Shown: positions 39,812-49,547 of the stretch, in pieces | Layout of the letters: every line of letters begins with the position of its first letter | How positions within the stretch are numbered: position 1 is the stretch's first letter | Assembly: GCA_016779995.1 (NCBI GenBank) | Contig: JADHMO010000005.1 | Span: forward strand, 99 to 64,098 | From: Flavobacteriales bacterium | GTDB taxonomy: Bacteria > Bacteroidota > Bacteroidia > Flavobacteriales > UBA7312 | Length of the DNA: 64,000 nt | Direction: 5' to 3' | The notes under the pieces: generated by a model | Databases searched by the model: none | What the model was told of the DNA's origin: nothing | The model's input: only the letters and a program-made list of their open reading frames with translations | Position numbers and translations under genes: made by a program

Positions 39812-41863
39812 ATGAAAAAAATAGCATTACTATTGAGTCTATTTTCTGTTTTCACAGTCAATGCTCAATTCAGTTTTACAGATGATTTTGAAAGTTATGC
39901 TGTTGGCGACTACATCGCTGCAGCAGACACCCTTTGGGTAGTATGGCCCGCTGCAGGTGCTCAAGACGTTCAAGTTACCGATAACAATGCCTTTAGTGGC
40001 TCAAACTCTATTTACCTAAATTCTACTGCAGCTACAGGTGGCGGCCCACAAGATGTAGTACTAGAATTTGGAGAACTTTTTGATGAAGGTGAATTTATGC
40101 TTTCTGCAAACTTTTATGTCAATAATAATACAGGAGGGTATTTCAATTTTCAAGCTGAAACTACTATTGGAGAAACATGGTCTATGGACTGCTTTATGAA
40201 TGATGACGGCAGCATAGAGTTTTCAACAGGTGGTGGTGGCACTGTATTTCTAGAAAGCACTTACCCTTTTGATACTTGGTTTAACATAACAATGAATATA
40301 AACTTGACCTTAAATCAGTGGCAAGTTATGATTGATAATCAAGTAGTCGGTACTTTTGAAAACACGATTAATCAAGTCGCCTCATTAAATTTATACCCTC
40401 TTAGTGGAAATCAATATTACATCGACGACGTTAGTGTATCGCACGAGCCATTCAACCCTGTTGGAATTAATGCTATTCTTTCAGATTTAAATGTTCCTAG
40501 CTACGTACAATTTCCTGCTGATGTTGATATTTCTGGTACAGTATTAAACTATGGAGCTGAAACGATAGAATCTATGGATATCGTATGGACGGATGGAACA
40601 AATACATATACGGATAATATCACTGGCGTATCAATAGCAACTCTTGAAACCTATGACTTCACCCATTCAGATCAATTATCTTTTGCTGGTGCTGACACAG
40701 CCAATATTACGGTTAGCATAGAAAACATTAATTCTGGTATAGATGTTGACAATAGTAACAATAGTCTAAGTGCAGAAATCTATTCGGTTGAATTTGTAAC
40801 TCAACGTTTACCATTATTTGAACATTTTACATCTAATACCTGTGGGCCATGCGCTGCTTTTAACCCAGGCTTTCAGACCTTGCTAGACGCTAATGACGTT
40901 AATCTTATTGGTACTGCCAAAGTTGCATGTATTAAATATCAAGTTAATTGGCCTGGTTCAGGAGACCAATCTTACAATGAAGATGTTGGCACTCGTGTAA
41001 GTCATTACGGTGTTTCAGGTGTACCAATCGCTCATATAGACGGGAATTCAACCTCTAGTTCACAAGACGAAATTGATGAACATAGAAGTATGCCTTCTTT
41101 TCTAGATATTACTGCTACAGCAGTAGCAACAGATGGTACAGATTTAGCTGTTGATGTCAGTATAAGTTCATATTATGATTATCCAAATACAACAATACAT
41201 ATTGCAGTTGTTGAAAATGAATACAGCAATACAGCTGGTTCAAATGGTGAAACTGAATTTCATCAAGTCATGAGAAAAATGCTTCCAACGGCAAATGGCA
41301 CTAGTGCCGACCTGAGTAACGGAAATACAACAACAGTTTCCGAAAGCTATACTTTCGCAATGGGTAATGTTACTCAAAATTCTTTTAGAATATGGGAAGA
41401 CTTAAGTAATTGCGTGGTAGTTGTTTTTGTAGAAGATCAAGGTACTAAGCAAGTAATAGATTCTAGAATTTTTGAAATTACAGGCAATACTACCGTTACG
41501 CCAACTTGGGAATGTCAAGCAACAGGCTGTGTAGATCCTGGAACTGGCGAGGGCGAATATAGCACTCTAGCAGATTGCGAGGCACAATGCGTTTCTGATA
41601 TAGCCTTTTGGAATGCCATTGACATTAAACTTATGCCTAATCCAGCACAAGACAATTTCTCAATAGAATTAAATCCATCATCACAAAATGTAGTTGTAAG
41701 TATTTATTCTATTACTGGCAAACGTATCAGCGAATTTGATTATGGCTCTTTACAAGGCAAACAAAGCATACCTATGAATATAAGCACTTTACAATCTGGA
41801 ATTTACACCGTTAAAATTCAATTAGACAATGAAGTGTCTGTTCACAAACTAATAAAGCAATAA
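39812..41863 (+). CDS. T9SS-secreted protein with central thioredoxin-like CxxC domain
   Basis: 683 aa. Signal peptide, a central FEHFTSNTCGPCAAF...VSGVPIAHIDG segment (thioredoxin-like), a Cys-rich linker WECQATGCVD..CEAQC, and a C-terminal T9SS type-A sorting domain (LMPNPAQDNFSIEL...GIYTVKIQLDNEVSVHKLIKQ). Confidence 0.88.
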   Translation: MKKIALLLSLFSVFTVNAQFSFTDDFESYAVGDYIAAADTLWVVWPAAGAQDVQVTDNNAFSGSNSIYLNSTAATGGGPQDVVLEFGELFDEGEFMLSANFYVNNNTGGYFNFQAETTIGETWSMDCFMNDDGSIEFSTGGGGTVFLESTYPFDTWFNITMNINLTLNQWQVMIDNQVVGTFENTINQVASLNLYPLSGNQYYIDDVSVSHEPFNPVGINAILSDLNVPSYVQFPADVDISGTVLNYGAETIESMDIVWTDGTNTYTDNITGVSIATLETYDFTHSDQLSFAGADTANITVSIENINSGIDVDNSNNSLSAEIYSVEFVTQRLPLFEHFTSNTCGPCAAFNPGFQTLLDANDVNLIGTAKVACIKYQVNWPGSGDQSYNEDVGTRVSHYGVSGVPIAHIDGNSTSSSQDEIDEHRSMPSFLDITATAVATDGTDLAVDVSISSYYDYPNTTIHIAVVENEYSNTAGSNGETEFHQVMRKMLPTANGTSADLSNGNTTTVSESYTFAMGNVTQNSFRIWEDLSNCVVVVFVEDQGTKQVIDSRIFEITGNTTVTPTWECQATGCVDPGTGEGEYSTLADCEAQCVSDIAFWNAIDIKLMPNPAQDNFSIELNPSSQNVVVSIYSITGKRISEFDYGSLQGKQSIPMNISTLQSGIYTVKIQLDNEVSVHKLIKQ

Positions 41864-41885
41864 ATCAGATTATCTATTAAATATG

Positions 41886-41915
41886 ACAGCTCACCATTAT
41901 GGTGGGCTGTTTTTA
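41886..41915 (+). terminator. Intrinsic terminator
   Basis: 10-bp stem acagctcacc/ggtgggctgt (one G-U) with loop attat, followed by TTTTT. Confidence 0.75.
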
Positions 41916-41937
41916 TTTTATAACTTCTAAAAAGGTG

Positions 41938-41945
41938 TAAATTTG
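41938..41945 (+). promoter_or_regulatory. Bacteroidota -7 promoter box (TAAATTTG) for purB
   Basis: Exact TAnnTTTG. The ORF-track TTG start (41943) lies inside it, which supports the ATG at 41970. Confidence 0.45.
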
Positions 41946-41969
41946 CAGAAAGATAACAAGCTATTCATC

Positions 41970-43322
41970 ATGTCATTATACGCTTTAAATGCAATCTCAC
42001 CAATAGATGGTCGTTACCAATCAAAAACTAAGGAACTAAGCTTCTATTATTCAGAAGCTGCTCTAATCAAATACAGACTTCGAGTAGAAGTTGAATATTT
42101 TATTTCACTTTGTGAACTACCGCTCCCACAATTAGAAAATTTTGATGCTAAGCTTTACGAACCTTTAAGGAAAATTTACCTTGAATTTAGTGATGCTGAT
42201 GCTCAAGAAGTTAAAGAAATAGAATCTACAACTAATCATGATGTAAAGGCAGTAGAATATTTTTTAAAAGAACGCTTTGACCGTTTAAAAATCAGTGAAT
42301 ACAAGGAATTTATTCACTTTGCACTGACTTCACAAGACATCAATAATACGGCAACACCACTACTCATTAAAGAGTCGGTAGAAGAAATTTTTCTGCCCAA
42401 CTATTTTCAAATGATGGAAAAACTAATAGAACTAAAAGACGAATGGGCAAATATTCCGCTTTTGGCAAGAACACATGGTCAAGCTGCCTCGCCAACTCTT
42501 TTAGGAAAAGAGATTAGGGTGTTTATCGAGCGTCTTGAACGTCAAATGAGCTTATTGAATTTAGTGCCATTTTCTGCTAAATTTGGTGGTGCAACAGGTA
42601 ATTTCAACGCTCACCACATTGCCTACCCAGAAGTGGATTGGGTTGCTTTTTCCAATGAATTTGTGGAAGAAACATTGGGGCTAGATCGTTCTCAGGTGAC
42701 TACTCAAATTGAACATTACGACAACCTAGCAGCACTTTTTGATAACTTCAAAAGAATTAACACCATTCTTATCGATTTAAGTCGAGATATATGGACTTAT
42801 ATTTCTATGAATTATTTCAAACAAAAAATAAAAAAGGGCGAAGTAGGCTCATCAGCTATGCCACACAAGGTTAATCCTATAGACTTTGAAAACGCTGAAG
42901 GAAATCTAGGAATAGCAAATGCAATTTATGAGCATCTATCGGCAAAATTACCTATATCAAGATTACAAAGGGATTTAACTGATTCAACGGTACTTAGAAA
43001 TGTAGGTGTGCCTATGGCACATTCTATCTTAGGCTTTAAATCGATATTAAAAGGTTTGAATAAACTCATCTTGAACGAAGAAGCTATCCGTGCCGATTTA
43101 GATGATAATTGGGCTGTAGTCGCAGAAGCTATTCAAACTATTTTGAGAAAAGAAGGCTACCCAAAACCTTATGAAGCTCTTAAGGCTTTAACTAGAACAA
43201 ACGGCTTAATAGAACAGCCTACACTAAGTAATTTTATTGACACTTTACAGGTTAGTGATGAGTTGAAAGCCTATCTGAAAAGCATAACACCTTTCAACTA
43301 TACTGGAATAGAAAAACTCTAG
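41970..43322 (+). CDS. purB: Adenylosuccinate lyase
   Basis: N-terminus LNAISPIDGRY and the fumarate-lyase signature GSSAMPHKVNP. Start moved to the ATG at 41970. Confidence 0.95.
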   Translation: MSLYALNAISPIDGRYQSKTKELSFYYSEAALIKYRLRVEVEYFISLCELPLPQLENFDAKLYEPLRKIYLEFSDADAQEVKEIESTTNHDVKAVEYFLKERFDRLKISEYKEFIHFALTSQDINNTATPLLIKESVEEIFLPNYFQMMEKLIELKDEWANIPLLARTHGQAASPTLLGKEIRVFIERLERQMSLLNLVPFSAKFGGATGNFNAHHIAYPEVDWVAFSNEFVEETLGLDRSQVTTQIEHYDNLAALFDNFKRINTILIDLSRDIWTYISMNYFKQKIKKGEVGSSAMPHKVNPIDFENAEGNLGIANAIYEHLSAKLPISRLQRDLTDSTVLRNVGVPMAHSILGFKSILKGLNKLILNEEAIRADLDDNWAVVAEAIQTILRKEGYPKPYEALKALTRTNGLIEQPTLSNFIDTLQVSDELKAYLKSITPFNYTGIEKL

Positions 43323-43873
43323 TCTTCTATAACCTTATATTTCGATAGATAATCCGACCAATTCCAAATGAAGTTACTCATTAGGTCAGTCAATTCTTGT
43401 AGGAAAACAGGATTAGGTTCATTCTGATTTTTCAGAAGTTCTCCTTGATATTCGTTTAAATTATATTTGACAAAAATACTTTTTGCCATAGCTTTTTCTA
43501 TGCTAATATCATCGCTGTATTGCTCTTTGAAGAAATTTTCATAATCGATAAACATATCTCTTACAACATCTTCTTCCAAATCAAGGTATTGAATAAGCTC
43601 ATTGAGACTAGCATGGTGTAGGTGATGTACTGTGGAGTCTTCAAAGAAATCAGACAAATAATGATTATTAGCGGCAAAAACAATCATCAAAAACCAATTG
43701 GCATCTTCCATTTTAAGGTTAGGTGATTCTTCGAATTTTCTGTTATCATTAACAAATTCAATGATTTCTGAAAAACCTAAATCGATAACCTCAAAGAGTG
43801 TCCTAGAATATATCGAGGCTAAATCCTTGACGGTAATTTTTTCTTTCTTACTAAAGCCAAATATTTTTAACAT
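43319..43873 (-). CDS. Hypothetical cytoplasmic protein
   Basis: 184 aa, acidic and helical-looking, with no motif I recognise. It is the last gene of a tightly packed minus-strand cluster. Its stop shares CTAG with the purB stop. Confidence 0.6.
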   Translation of the reverse strand: MLKIFGFSKKEKITVKDLASIYSRTLFEVIDLGFSEIIEFVNDNRKFEESPNLKMEDANWFLMIVFAANNHYLSDFFEDSTVHHLHHASLNELIQYLDLEEDVVRDMFIDYENFFKEQYSDDISIEKAMAKSIFVKYNLNEYQGELLKNQNEPNPVFLQELTDLMSNFIWNWSDYLSKYKVIED

Positions 43874-43878
43874 TGTTG

Positions 43879-45096
43879 CTAAGGTAAACTAAAATTTTTC
43901 TTTGCGACTGCCATTACTTCATCCCCTATCGCCAAACAGGCAGTCGCTGCTGGTGAAGGTGCATTCAAAACGTGGATACTATTGCCTTTACACTCTATTT
44001 TAAAGTCGTCAAACACTTCGCCGTCTTGTCCTAATGCCATAGCTCGGACACCACTTCTTCCGACAACAATATCGTCCATTTTTAACGAAGGTATTAATCT
44101 ATTTAATTCTTTCAAAAATAATCTCTTAGAAAATGCTCTTTTATATTCATTTAATCCAAAACGCCAATGTTTAAAGAATAATTTCCACGTTCCTTTATAC
44201 ATTAAGGCTTCTAAAGTGTCTTTTAAATTAAAGTCAGTTTTACCATAGCCTTCCCGTTTGAAAGTAAATACAGCATTAGGGCCACACTCAATGCTACCAT
44301 CTACCATTCTAGTAAAATGCACACCTAAAAAGGGGAATTCTGGATTGGGAACTGGATATATCAGGTTATTAACTTTGGACTTGCCCTTTTCACTTAAATC
44401 GTAGTAATCGCCCCTAAAACCTACTATGCGTACATTTGAATGAACTTGGTCTTTTTGAGCTAACCTATCTGAAAACAAACCACCACAAAGGATTTTTTTA
44501 TCCGACTTATATTGTCCTTTAGTAGTATTAATAAGTCCACCATCAGAAAAAGATTTGACTTCACAAGAATAGATGATTTGACTGTTTGGGTTTATGTCTG
44601 TTATAAGTTCTGCTAGTTTATTGGTCACACCGACAAAATCAATAATACCAGATTCGGGCACCCACAAGGCAGCAATACCTTCAACATAAGGCTCTATTTC
44701 TTTCAAGCGAACAGCATCTATCTTCTCTATACCTTCTAAGCCATTTGCCTTACCCGTTTCACAAATTTTATCTAATCGTTCTTCTTCATCTGGATTTACG
44801 GCTACGACTACTTTACCACAAACATCGTGTTTGATGTTGTATTTTTTAGCAAATTCAACTAATTGCTTTCTACCATTAACACAGTTTTTAGCTCGGAAAG
44901 AACCGGGTCTATAATATAAACCTGAATGAATAACCCCTGAATTTCTACCCGTTTGATGAGTAGCTAAGCTTTGTTCTTTTTCAAAGACCACTATATTGAG
45001 TTGTGGATATTCGACTTGAAGTTTGTAGGCGCAAGATAAACCTACTATACCTCCTCCTACTATTGCAAAGTCAAAACTATTGCTTGTTTTTACCAT
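43879..45096 (-). CDS. lhgO: L-2-hydroxyglutarate oxidase-like FAD-dependent oxidoreductase
   Basis: 405 aa. FAD motif FDFAIVGGGIVGLSCAYKL, with overall pattern (GRNSGVIHSGLYY) as in LhgO/DAO-family enzymes. Confidence 0.8.
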   Translation of the reverse strand: MVKTSNSFDFAIVGGGIVGLSCAYKLQVEYPQLNIVVFEKEQSLATHQTGRNSGVIHSGLYYRPGSFRAKNCVNGRKQLVEFAKKYNIKHDVCGKVVVAVNPDEEERLDKICETGKANGLEGIEKIDAVRLKEIEPYVEGIAALWVPESGIIDFVGVTNKLAELITDINPNSQIIYSCEVKSFSDGGLINTTKGQYKSDKKILCGGLFSDRLAQKDQVHSNVRIVGFRGDYYDLSEKGKSKVNNLIYPVPNPEFPFLGVHFTRMVDGSIECGPNAVFTFKREGYGKTDFNLKDTLEALMYKGTWKLFFKHWRFGLNEYKRAFSKRLFLKELNRLIPSLKMDDIVVGRSGVRAMALGQDGEVFDDFKIECKGNSIHVLNAPSPAATACLAIGDEVMAVAKKNFSLP

Positions 45097-45938
45097 GAAA
45101 ATACTCTTGAAATATTAAACCCAAAGTAGATATCCCCTTCTAGCCATTGACCAGTAGTTTGTGTTAAAAAAGCCTGTTCGTTCATTCCACGTGAATTGCT
45201 TAAATGTAAGGAAAAGACATGTCCTCCTGTTTCTATATCAACACCTAAAGACAACATATTTTGATGTAATTCAGTCATTGTGCTTAGAGCATAGAAATAC
45301 TCGCCATTGACCGATATTTTTTTAGAGACTTTATAACGTCCTCCTGCGCCTATAAACAAAGGGTCGGCAGATGTACCAGCTGAATAGCGATTGAGGTGAA
45401 TATGGGTAGGCAACAATACCAAAGAAAGGTCTGAATTGAATTTTCGTGCTATAATGAGTTGGTTACTGAAGCTAAATTGATTGAGTAAGTCATAATCGGT
45501 TTGCAGCCTATCATTTTCTGAAGGGTGGGCAAAAAACATAGCCGAATAAGCCGATAATACTACTGGGCATTTGTTCGTTTGCTGTAAGATATTAAGTTTA
45601 GCTGAAGCATCAAACTGCTTAGCATTAGAGCTTCGTCCCAGAGCTAGAGCTAGACGTTCTGAAACGCCATAATCCAAACCAAATCTGACGTGAGAATTAT
45701 CGATACCCCATAAATTATAGAAGCCCGAGTTGAGTGTGCCAAAACGGTGTTGAATTAAAAATTTAAATTCTCCTTCGGAAGTCTGTTTAGAAGATTGGGC
45801 GTTGACAATTCTGTTGTCCTTAAAAATGGAAGTTGTTAGTTGCACTTCCTTGTCATCGCTTTCTAACATACTCAGTAAGTCTTGAGCATAAGTTGACTGA
45901 AAACTGATAAAAATTACAAATACTAAAAATCTATTCAT
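45090..45938 (-). CDS. Outer-membrane beta-barrel protein (DUF5777-like)
   Basis: 282 aa. Signal peptide, alternating beta-strand pattern, C-terminal ..YFGFNISRVFSW. Overlaps both neighbours (7 and 8 nt). Confidence 0.7.
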   Translation of the reverse strand: MNRFLVFVIFISFQSTYAQDLLSMLESDDKEVQLTTSIFKDNRIVNAQSSKQTSEGEFKFLIQHRFGTLNSGFYNLWGIDNSHVRFGLDYGVSERLALALGRSSNAKQFDASAKLNILQQTNKCPVVLSAYSAMFFAHPSENDRLQTDYDLLNQFSFSNQLIIARKFNSDLSLVLLPTHIHLNRYSAGTSADPLFIGAGGRYKVSKKISVNGEYFYALSTMTELHQNMLSLGVDIETGGHVFSLHLSNSRGMNEQAFLTQTTGQWLEGDIYFGFNISRVFSW

Positions 45939-46470
45939 CGGTTCTGTTTTGAAGTTTCATATCAACCACTACTTGTATGACTTCTGCAATTTTATACATC
46001 ATAATTTTGGGAATATCAATATCGTAGTCCTCAAGAGCAACATCAAAAGTAGAAGTTATATACAAATCCTCATTTATCATTTGAGCAGTAGCTTTCATTT
46101 GAGCTTCTTTACTAATGCCATGCATGGCAAGACTTCCATTTACCACAAGATTTTGCTTAGTACTCAAATCTAAATTAGAAAAATCATCTATGATTCCCGT
46201 AAAAGTAGATAAAGGATACTTCTCACTTTCTAAATAACTTTCATTGAAATGTTCTTGCATAAGCGAATTAGGAAAAGTAAAGTCTTCTATTTTCAGTCGA
46301 AAAGCAAAACCACCTGTTTGGCTATCAATAATGGCCGAAACATCTTCATTTATAGCCGATATATTTTCTATGGGTGCTTCAGAAAAGAAACTGACGTTTC
46401 CTTTTTTAGTATAATATTGCTGTGCTATAAGCTGAGTGCTGAACAGTAAACAAATCAAGATTAATCGCAT
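45931..46470 (-). CDS. YceI family (polyisoprenoid-binding-like) protein
   Basis: 179 aa. Signal peptide, and a YceI-like pattern (GNVSFFSEAPIENISAINEDV.., SLAMHGISKE). Confidence 0.75.
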   Translation of the reverse strand: MRLILICLLFSTQLIAQQYYTKKGNVSFFSEAPIENISAINEDVSAIIDSQTGGFAFRLKIEDFTFPNSLMQEHFNESYLESEKYPLSTFTGIIDDFSNLDLSTKQNLVVNGSLAMHGISKEAQMKATAQMINEDLYITSTFDVALEDYDIDIPKIMMYKIAEVIQVVVDMKLQNRTDE

Positions 46471-46497
46471 ACAACAAAGATAGTAATTTAGTGGGGT

Positions 46498-47802
46498 TTA
46501 TAGACGCTTCATCAACTTGTATCCTACAAAGAATAAAATAAAAATTACAATAAGTCCAGCTTGTTGTGTGTCAAAATAACGTGTTGCCAAACCAAACAAA
46601 AAAGGCCCTACAAAAGCTGTCATTTTTCCTGAAAAGGCATAAAACCCAAAAAATTCATTTCTTTTTTCTGCTGGAGTAAGACGAGCCATATAGGTTCTAC
46701 TTGCCGATTGATTAGGTCCAGAAAAGAGACCGATTAGAATAGCCGCCATCCAAAATAAATTTTTGGCATTGAACCAATCGGGAATGGCATTTCCTCCAAA
46801 AATAAATTGGAATAAGCCAGGCAATTCAGGTGCTAAAAAGGCTATAAGACAGGCTATCATAAGAAAAACTATACTCCACAAAATCACTTTCTCACTGCCT
46901 TTACCATCTTCTAAATAACCAAATACAAAAGCTCCAATTCCTGCCATAACATTCAGTACAATACCTAGAATAATGATTTCTTCAAAGCTAAAGCCTATGG
47001 TAGTAGCGGCATAGATACCTCCAAAAGCAAAAATGGTTATCAAAGCATCGTTATACACCAGACGAGCCAACAAAAAATGAAATATTTTTCTGTATGAAGA
47101 AAGTTCTTTAAATGTGGTTTTTAGGTTAACAAAAGAATTTTTTACCACAAGTGACAAAGGCTTTTTGCTTGAATTGTGCTTATCCTTAATCCAAACAAAA
47201 ATAGGTAAACTAAAAATCAAAAACCATAAGGCTACAAGTAAATTGGTAGCCCTTATATTTTCTCCATTTTCTGTACTAAAGCCCAAAACAGGCTGTTCTG
47301 TTTGCACAAAAAATACCAATGCCAACACCAAAGCTATTAAGCCACCAACATAGCCTAAGCCCCATGCCATTCCAGATACCTTACCTATCCGTTTCTCTGA
47401 GCTCAATTCTGCTAAGTAAGCATTACAAAATACTGTACCTATCTCAAAAGCAATGTTAGCTATAATGAACAGCGCAAGAGCCGAAAGAACTTGTCCTTGC
47501 TGGGGAAAAAACAAAAGTGCAGTCGCTGTAACACAGACCAAAGTACTCACCAACATGATTCGTTTTCTAGAGCCCCAGTTGTCAGCAATAGCTCCTAAAA
47601 TTGGAGAACACAAAGCTACTACGATAGCTGTAAAAGAAATGGCCCAAGACCAATATTGCGTGCCTAAAATTTCATTATCAGCTATAGATTTGGTAAAAAA
47701 AGTACCGTATATGAAAGTCACTACCAAAGTAGTGAAGGCAGAGTTTGCAAAATCGTACATAGCCCAAGACCATATTTGTCGTTTATCGTCCTTTTGTATC
47801 AT
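46498..47802 (-). CDS. MFS transporter (UMF1/Atg22-like family)
   Basis: 12-TM protein with the N-terminal WSWAMYDFANSAF motif. Start set at MIQKDDKRQ (ATG at 47802). Confidence 0.85.
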   Translation of the reverse strand: MIQKDDKRQIWSWAMYDFANSAFTTLVVTFIYGTFFTKSIADNEILGTQYWSWAISFTAIVVALCSPILGAIADNWGSRKRIMLVSTLVCVTATALLFFPQQGQVLSALALFIIANIAFEIGTVFCNAYLAELSSEKRIGKVSGMAWGLGYVGGLIALVLALVFFVQTEQPVLGFSTENGENIRATNLLVALWFLIFSLPIFVWIKDKHNSSKKPLSLVVKNSFVNLKTTFKELSSYRKIFHFLLARLVYNDALITIFAFGGIYAATTIGFSFEEIIILGIVLNVMAGIGAFVFGYLEDGKGSEKVILWSIVFLMIACLIAFLAPELPGLFQFIFGGNAIPDWFNAKNLFWMAAILIGLFSGPNQSASRTYMARLTPAEKRNEFFGFYAFSGKMTAFVGPFLFGLATRYFDTQQAGLIVIFILFFVGYKLMKRL

Positions 47803-47871
47803 TTTCCGAAAGTACAATTAATTATTATGATAATTAAATGCAATAAAGCACTCCTTTTTCTTCGAATAACT

Positions 47872-47879
47872 TACTTTTG
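47872..47879 (+). promoter_or_regulatory. Bacteroidota -7 promoter box (TACTTTTG) for the SulP gene
   Basis: Exact TAnnTTTG 18 nt upstream of the ATG at 47898. Confidence 0.4.
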
Positions 47880-47897
47880 CCGACTTAAATTATACAA

Positions 47898-49493
47898 ATG
47901 ATTTCACTTAAAAATTTCAAATTCATTGACAGAACTAATGGCAGTATTAAAGACGATATTCTATCTGGTCTTACTGTAGCTTTAGCTCTAGTCCCTGAGG
48001 CTGTCGCCTTTGCTTTTGTGGCAGGTATTTCTCCAATAGTTGGATTGTATGGTGCCTTTATGATGGGCTTAGTTACCTCTATTTTTGGAGGCAGACCTGG
48101 AATGATATCAGGGGCAACTGGAGCTTTAGCGGTGGTTATGGTTCACTTAGTTAGTGAGGGCAATAGCTTAGGCGGTGACAGTTCTATGGGCTTACAGTAT
48201 TTGTTTGCCACACTCATATTAGCTGGTATTATTCAAACTGCCGCCGGACTATTTAGATTAGGGAAGTTTGTACGTATGATACCTCACTCCGTGATGTTAG
48301 GATTCGTTAACGGATTAGCTATAGTAATTTTCTTATCACAACTGGGAATGTTCAAAAGCAATGGGCAGTGGCTAGAAGGTCAAGATTTGATTTACATGAT
48401 AGCTTTGGTTACTCTGACAATGGCTATTATGGTTTTTCTTCCTATGATAACTAAAAAAGTACCTGCTGCTTTGACTGCCATTATTGTAGTTTCTTTGATT
48501 GTTATTTTCGGTGGTATAGAAACTGAAACCGTCAAATCTTTTATTGTTGCTAGTGGTGGAGAAGGTATCAAAGCTGGTTTGCCAACATTTAATATTCCTT
48601 TAATTGATTTGAATTGGGAAACTTTAAAATTCATTAGCCCCTATGCTTTAATTCTAGCGGCTATTGGTTTGATAGAATCATTGATGACGCTAAACCTCAT
48701 AGACGAATTGACCGAAACAAGAGGTAGCGGCAATAGAGAGTGTGTGGCTCAAGGTGGCGCCAATATCATCAACGGATTTTTTGGCGGTATGGGCGGTTGC
48801 GCCATGATTGGTCAAAGTATTATCAATATCAAGTCAGGAGGTAGAGGCAGACTGTCAGGGATTGTGGCAGCTTTAGCCTTGTTATGCTTCATACTTTTTG
48901 CATCGACCTACATAGAAATGGTACCTATTGCTGCTCTAGTAGGTGTTATGTTTATGGTTGTTATTGGCACCTTTGCATGGAGTAGTTTAAAGGTTTGGAA
49001 CAAAGTCCCTTTAGCTGATGTTATTGTGATTGTTTTAGTAACAGGACTAACGGTTATGTTTGACTTGGCTATTGCCGTACTGGCTGGTGTTATTGTATCT
49101 TCTTTAGTCTTTTCATGGGAAAATGCTAAACGCATTAGAGCACGAAAATTTGTTGATGAGCACGGCGTAAAACACTACGAAATTTATGGTCCTTTGTTCT
49201 TTGGCTGTGTAGAATTATTCAATAGTAAATTCGATGTTGCCAACGACCCAAAAGAGATTATTATTGACTTTAAAGAATCTCGTATTATGGACCAGTCGGC
49301 TATAGAGTGCATCAATAAGCTCAGTGAAAAATATTTGAAAAACAATAAAAGTGTACACCTTAGACACCTTTCAAAAGACTGTATAGCACTAATAAAAAGG
49401 GCTGACAAAATATGCGATGTTAACGTCTTAGAAGACCCCGATTATTTCGTGGCTATAGATAATTACAGAACTCTATTAAAGGACAAACAATAA
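47898..49493 (+). CDS. SulP family inorganic anion transporter with STAS domain
   Basis: 531 aa. DILSGLTVALALVPEAVAFAFVAG, a polytopic core and a C-terminal STAS-like domain (YEIYGPLFFG...IIDFKESRIMDQSAIE). Confidence 0.92.
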   Translation: MISLKNFKFIDRTNGSIKDDILSGLTVALALVPEAVAFAFVAGISPIVGLYGAFMMGLVTSIFGGRPGMISGATGALAVVMVHLVSEGNSLGGDSSMGLQYLFATLILAGIIQTAAGLFRLGKFVRMIPHSVMLGFVNGLAIVIFLSQLGMFKSNGQWLEGQDLIYMIALVTLTMAIMVFLPMITKKVPAALTAIIVVSLIVIFGGIETETVKSFIVASGGEGIKAGLPTFNIPLIDLNWETLKFISPYALILAAIGLIESLMTLNLIDELTETRGSGNRECVAQGGANIINGFFGGMGGCAMIGQSIINIKSGGRGRLSGIVAALALLCFILFASTYIEMVPIAALVGVMFMVVIGTFAWSSLKVWNKVPLADVIVIVLVTGLTVMFDLAIAVLAGVIVSSLVFSWENAKRIRARKFVDEHGVKHYEIYGPLFFGCVELFNSKFDVANDPKEIIIDFKESRIMDQSAIECINKLSEKYLKNNKSVHLRHLSKDCIALIKRADKICDVNVLEDPDYFVAIDNYRTLLKDKQ

Positions 49494-49496
49494 AAA

Positions 49497-49523
49497 AGTA
49501 GGAGTGAAAACTCCTACTTTTTT
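49497..49523. terminator. Bidirectional intrinsic terminator
   Basis: Stem agtaggag/ctcctact with loop tgaaaa, A6 upstream and T5-6 downstream. It sits between the convergent SulP and T9SS genes. Confidence 0.8.
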
Positions 49524-49547
49524 ATTGCATTAAGTAATCTTAGGTTA

